Source: Glaucostegus cemiculus (taxonomy: Eukaryota). Taken from it: DNA of 64,000 bases. The stretch lies in assembly GCA_976551045.1 (NCBI GenBank), contig CDPCPM010000180.1, forward strand, positions 8,866,001-8,930,000, in the 5' to 3' direction. The notes beneath the pieces are model-generated. The model did no database searches. It worked only from the letters and a program-made list of their open reading frames with translations, and was not told the DNA's origin. Numbering within the stretch: position 1 is the first letter of the stretch; every line of letters begins with the position of its first letter. Shown one piece after another: positions 58,137 to 64,000 of the stretch. The translations under genes and the position numbers were made by a program.

Positions 58137-61100
58137 GTATGATTGTCTTTATAAGTAGTAAGGTAGTATTTTGATTGTCTTTTATTCAGCATGGGTGCTA
58201 ACCTAATAACTACTGACTAACGGTGTGCTATACTGAGGGCCAGTGGAAGACATACGGACTCACCCTGACACAGAAGGAGATTATTTGGTCCATCAGCCGT
58301 GCTAGTTCCCAACAAAACAATCCCATCCTCCCTGCTCCTTATTTCCATGTAGCCCTGCAATATATTCTCTCTTACATGCCCGTCATCTCACCTTTGATTT
58401 TTTTTACCATCTACCTATATTAAGGGGTAATATAGCAGCCAGGTAACCTACAAGTACTTCTTTGGGATGAGGGAGGGATCTCAGTCAGTCACAGAACATG
58501 CAGGTTCCACTCCTGTGGTCAGGGTCGCACTGGGGTCTCTAGAGCTGTGAGGCGGCAACACTAACTGGTGCATCACTGTTCCTGCACTTGAATTGGCGCC
58601 ATTGATGGGTACTTGATCAGTTTGGTTTGCTTCAGCTGAGGATGGCCATCATAGGGCCAGCTTCACATCATGGTGAAGTATTCCAAAACACCACCCTTGT
58701 ACCTCTCCCCACCATCAGACAACTGTGCAATGCTCAGTTTTTGTTTTTGGCTTCTACAAAAGACTTGTCAAAATTTTAGGACAAGCTTGTTTACTAAAAA
58801 CATCAAAGATTAGGGCGATGGAAACTTCACGGTGAACTCAGGAATCATCTTACTGAAGGGAGGAACATCTCAGCATGTTTACTCTTGATCCAGTACCTCT
58901 AAGCAGCTAACAGTACTAGAGGTGTCCATGTTGTTGTGTTTCTATCAGGATAAGATGTTCCAACCTGTGATGCCCAATATCTTTAAAGTTACACGACCTG
59001 TTCAGGCTTGTCACGCAAGCTCATGTGTGTATAACGGCAAATATGTATAAGTGCTGTGGAAAGATCAGGATAGAGTTGCTTTTCACTATGAAGCCTGGAG
59101 CTATCTCCCACCTTGAAATAGTGCAGAGTTTGTGACGGTACAGTTTGTAGTACTGTTACAATTACTTGAATCCAGTAAGACAGGAGGATCAGTGATATAT
59201 TTTTGAATCCAGTGCCTACATTAATGCCAGTAGCCTATCCAATTATGTGAGCACTGTCCAGAGAAAGAAAGAATGAACTGAAAAACTGAAAAAATCTTGG
59301 AAGGAGGTTCATTAATAACAGATATGTGAGGGTTGGAGATAAACCTGTTGCATACGCTTATTTAAGTCCTACAATGACCTTAACAGTCTTATTAATGGAA
59401 GTTTATGTGCTGTACTTTTACCATTTATTAAAGTGTGTGTGTTACTGAATTATCCATAATATGTAAACATTTGATTGCAGTGGAGTAACAGAACAGGTGC
59501 CCCATTAAATCTTCAGTGAGCATTTGCCCAGTTATACTGAACAGGCCACATTGATTCAGGAAGCATTTTTATTCTTGTTGGTGTGAAGTGTCATTTTGGT
59601 GTTAGTTGGACTAAGTGTAGCAAGATTTTCCAGACCACCTTCTGCAAGTAGTCAGATACAGCCACAGCTTTCCTCAGGTGATTTTGTTTAATTAGTGTAG
59701 ATGTCAAGTTTCAAAGTTCCCAAGAGACTTGCACGGCTCAGCAGGAATGTAGTAAGCTTCATTCTCACCTGTTTAATGGCATTGCATTGACTCTCCCCTC
59801 ACTGCTTTGTTAACAATAGTTTACCTGAGAGGAGTGAGTTGTAATCCTGGTCCACTGACTCTATGTTCTTCTGAACAGATACCAGTTACGAATCTGTACC
59901 CATTGTAAAATAAGAAATTAAATCTGATCAGAATAATCTGAAATTGCCTTGAAGTTCTAATGAATATCAACATTGGTTTTGCACAGAAAATATTATAAAA
60001 AATATAGAGGCCACATTGAGCATTCTTAATGAAAAAAATGGAATGTGTTATCATTCTTTATTATAATCCATTTGTGAGCTACTGATTGTAATCACCATTG
60101 TGGTAGAGAGCATGCAGTGGGACTGAGGCAACAACAAAATAATAGACCTTTGTGGATGAATGTAATTCCTGTGTGATTTAATTTTCTTTGACAATAATTA
60201 TTGATTCATGAAAAGTTACAATAGTAAACAGGTTTTTTGAAAGTTTATTAGTTCAAGAATGTATAAAGAATCATCTCCCAACTACATAAGCAAGAATATG
60301 GTCAAACTTAAAAAATGGTCCGTCTTTCTTCAGAAAGCAAATATTAGGTACTTGCTACATTGACCATGGAGAGAGAGAGAAACAGGGTTTCTCTGTTTCT
60401 TCTTGTTTTTGCATAAGATCAAAAAGGGTTGAATCTTCCACCATAATAATGGTGAAACTGCAAGTATGTGCTGTCATTACAACATGAAACTGACAAGAAT
60501 TACTAGTGCAGTGCATGTGCAGTTAAACGTGGATGCTATCAGTGATTTCCTATTCCTCCAGTAGTATAATCAAGGCAAATCAGTGAATTGTCAAAAACTT
60601 ATTTGCAAACTAATTAACTGTGAAATATCTTGAAAGTGTTGTACTTTACTGTACGAAAGATGTGTGGGTTTTAAAGGTCATAATCTTTGCTTGGCAAACT
60701 CTCAAATTGCTGCATCCTAATTTTATGTATATAGGTTGTAAATCCCTCAGATTGCCTTTTAAAATGGATTTTAAATTGATTTCTTGTTTAAAAGTATTTG
60801 TTCATGATATTTCAGTAGCTTTTTTCATCATATGTGTTCCATTCTTTATTTTGTACAGGTGAAATTCTAAAAATTAGTTAATCCTTGTGCATTTTTCATC
60901 CCGATTTACTGTATAAGAATTCTTCAATTTTGTTGATTCTCCATTTGGTTGATGACATCACTGTTGTTTGCCAGAGCATTCCTCCTTAAAACGAGATGCC
61001 AGATAGCAATTGACTTTAGGAAAGAGGAAGATTTTGACATTGATATTGACAGATTTTCGTGGGCTGCTTTTTTGAGGCTGTGGTGGGTGTCATTTGCTCT

Positions 61101-61559
61101 GGCATTGATTGAAATATCCATCCAAGTATGCCGGAAATAACCAGCAGGCCAGGCATCATCTGTGCTGAGGGAGAGAGAGTGTTAATATTCCAGGTCAGAA
61201 GTGATAATCTTTTCCATTATCCTCTCCCTAATACATTTATATGTTTGATGAAATTTATGTCAAAGAATTTTTGCATTAGCATTGTTGGGTTAAGTCAAGT
61301 GTTTTGTTTCATTCAGTGTCAGCATTCAGAGAGAAGGGCCAGTAGTCAAATAATCTAACTAATAACCATCGCTGATTAATACATTTTTGTTTTGGGAGTT
61401 GAATGTTGCTCAATTTGCATAGCAATATACATGGAAGTTTTGTGTGAAGATTGCCACGTGTAAGCAGATAGAAAACCTGAAGTGAATCAGCCTAGTTCAT
61501 ACTGCCATGTATTTTAGATCCACAGATGATAAGTGTCTTGGGTCCAGCGCTCTATCTTG

Positions 61560-61980
61560 TGCTACCAATCAAGAAATGGTACATTACCAGGACATATTCC
61601 AAGGATGGAGGAATTGTCCTGAGAGGAGACAAGGGCCTATGTCCTACTGCAGAAATGGGAGGTGATCTCATTGAAACATAATAGTTTTAAAGGATTTGGA
61701 GGGGTAAATGTTCTGAGGCTGTTTGCTTTGTTGGGGAATCACAGATTTCGGAGTCGTGATCTCAGAAAAAAAGGACAGTAACTTAGGGTTGTGATGAGGA
61801 AAAACTTATTCACTCTAGGGGCTGTGGATCTTCAGAATTCTTTGCCCCAAGAGAGGCTGTTTAATTTAATTAAGGTGGAGATCAATAGATCCTTGGATAT
61901 TAAAGGAATTAAGGGATATGGGGATAATGCAGAAAGATCAGCAATGACATTGAAGGCCAGCCGACCCATGCCTCTACTAG
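61560..61980 (+). mobile_element. degenerate CR1 LINE 3' fragment
   Basis: GDLIETY, MRKNLFT...NSLP, attaaaggaattaagggatatgggg. Confidence 0.6.
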
Positions 61981-63142
61981 TGCCTGTGGAAAGAGAGGGA
62001 AGATCAGAACAACATATTACAAAGACTGCCATTGTTCCTTATCCAATGTGTTATTTAGAAAAGTTTGGATTAATTGCATAATTCTACGCAGTCTTCCAAT
62101 AATTCCTGTGGCCTTTGGAGAGGAGAAGGGGGAGGAATGACTAAATTATGTTGCAAGTGCCTCCAGCTACAAAAGCATTGCCAGAAATTATCATTGACAA
62201 ATTTGCATTGCAGTTTCACATTTCCTAATGCTGCTAGCTTCAGGAATTCTGCATTCAGCATTGAAGTTATCTGCTGTGCCATGAGAGTCTTATGTGATCA
62301 TAAAGAGAAATTTGCTCACTAGATAAATTAATGAAGAGGTGTGACGGAGACAGAGCTGAAAGATTAGCTGTACACTCTGCACCTTGCATTTGGGAGCCAT
62401 GATTTAAATCCAGTACCAGTAAAAGCAATAAAGGTCATCACTTAATGGTAGCTGGCTAGTTTTGTAGGTGAATCAAGATCTGGTAGTTGAAGCTTATTCT
62501 GTAAAGATTATAATTAAAGAGCTTAAAGTCATTTGCATACACATTCTTGCAACTTCAAGCTTTTAATCAATGTGTCAGAAGGGCAAACTCAGTATTGAAT
62601 TATCTTTTTGCTCTTAATAGGCTGCAGAATAAAAGTCTGCTTTTGAAAAGGACTTTATAATTGTGCAGGGCTACTTTCAGGTAATGCACAGAATCCTTAG
62701 CTGCTGATCGGTGCTCTTGCTGTTGCCTCTGAGCCAGAAGAATGTTGGTTCAAACCCTACTCCAAATTCTAGGCTGAATGCGTTGTTGGAGGTGTTACCT
62801 TTTGGATGAATCATTAAACCAAGCTTCTTTCTATCTGGTAAAGATCCAGTGGGACCATTTTGTCTGTTCAGGATGAGTCAGAGTACTCTGCAGCCATTGA
62901 AATGCAGTTCCTATTCTAATGGAGGAAATGTAACAACCAATGAGTGCCCTCCGCCTCCCATAAAGAGTAATGTGATAAGGTCCAGTTAAACTGATTTATT
63001 GATATCAAGTGAAGGATAAATATTGGCCAGAACACAGTTTAACTCCGTAGTCGTCTTTAAGATAGTGAGTTGGTATCTTCTGCCTTCATCTGAAGGAGCA
63101 GATGGGGGATTTGGTTTCCCACATCAACTATAATAATAATAT

Positions 63143-63414
63143 ATATCTTTATCGGTCACATGTACATTGAAACACACAGTGAAATACATCTTTTGCATAG
63201 AGTGTTCTGGGGACAGCCTGCAAGTGTCGCCACGTTTTTGGCACCAACATAGTATGCCCACAACTTCCTAACCCGTACGTCTTTGGAATGTGGGAGGAAA
63301 CCGGAGCACCTGGAGGAAATCCACACAGGCATGGGGAGAACGTACAAACCCTTTACAGACAATGGCCGGAATTGAACCCCAGTCGCTAGTGCTGTAATAG
63401 CTTTACGCTAACTG
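63143..63414 (-). mobile_element. V-SINE (HE1-like), Rex1-like tail subfamily
   Basis: Reverse complement of the 30098-30391 type, including the gtacatgtgac..ataaagatat tail. Confidence 0.85.
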
Positions 63415-64000
63415 TTTCTCTAAAGCACCTGTATTGAAACGAGTAGTCTTAGATCAGGAAGGATTTTTGTCATGGAAATCACCTGCATATTTGCAGTTAA
63501 GTCATTGGTTCTTACATGATCCATAATGAGTTGTATTTGGGCTTAAAGTTATGCAGTGTCCTATCTGTGCAATCTTATAGCCAAGAGCATCAGCCTTCAT
63601 TCCACATAATTTATGATTTGGACTATTCTGCAGTGATGAAACCAACATTAACACCTGTATTATCCCAGCAGCTTGACTGAAATAATTACAGCTTATTCCA
63701 CTTGAGACACTATTGCTTGTAGAGAACAGAGATATTCTACAATTTTATCAATCCAGTCTGTGCAAAGGATGCATATGAAATAAAGGCAAAGAAAAATTCC
63801 AGGCCCACTTAACTTTATTCCCCTGCCTCCATAACCGTTGGTGAAAGCTGTCTTGATGGAAGCCTGTTGACCTGTAAAGGTAATTCCACAGATAGCCTGA
63901 TGTGCACAGCCCGTTCTGGTTTTAGATTTCCAGCATTGGCATTGCCTTTTTTTTTGCAATGTCAATATTTTGGTTCTGTTTTTCCATCCTTAAACTAGCA

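Noticed and set aside
61645-61665. gcagaaatgggagg as the next DROSHA exon (AEMG)
   Set aside because: It lies within a decayed CR1 (GDLIETY follows); flanking codons and splice sites do not match SIQQAEMGAAMDAL.
1-64000. Most short ORFs in the supplied track (e.g. 1440..1961, 13665..14246, 42751..43182)
   Set aside because: They are intronic or repeat-derived, often start at non-ATG codons and have no recognisable domain; real coding sequence is confined to spliced exons and TE remnants.

Overview
Eukaryotic (vertebrate) genomic DNA lying entirely inside one + strand gene, DROSHA (the Microprocessor RNase III). I read 16 consecutive internal coding exons (2226-58136; 1581 nt, about 527 codons). 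All introns are GT-AG and all phases join into one open frame. They cover the end of the central domain, RIIIDa, RIIIDb and the first part of the dsRBD; the start and stop codons lie outside the window. The repeat content (HE1/V-SINE-like SINEs, CR1/HER1-like and Rex1/Babar LINEs, Deu-domain SINEs) points to a cartilaginous fish (inference). The introns hold two LTR-bounded Ty3/Gypsy insertions, both antisense to DROSHA with 4-bp TSDs. The first is a 3.0-kb CsRN1-type element (tRNA-Trp PBS, CHCC Gag, -1 frameshift signal) whose RT/RNase H is deleted in frame. The second is a 5.6-kb Gmr1-type element (tRNA-Pro PBS, PR-IN-RT-RH order) whose integrase core is deleted in frame. There is also a decayed Penelope-like element and a family of short Penelope-derived palindromes carrying relics of minimal hammerhead ribozymes. 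Repeat boundaries are by eye and approximate; exon, LTR, TSD and PBS coordinates were counted base by base.
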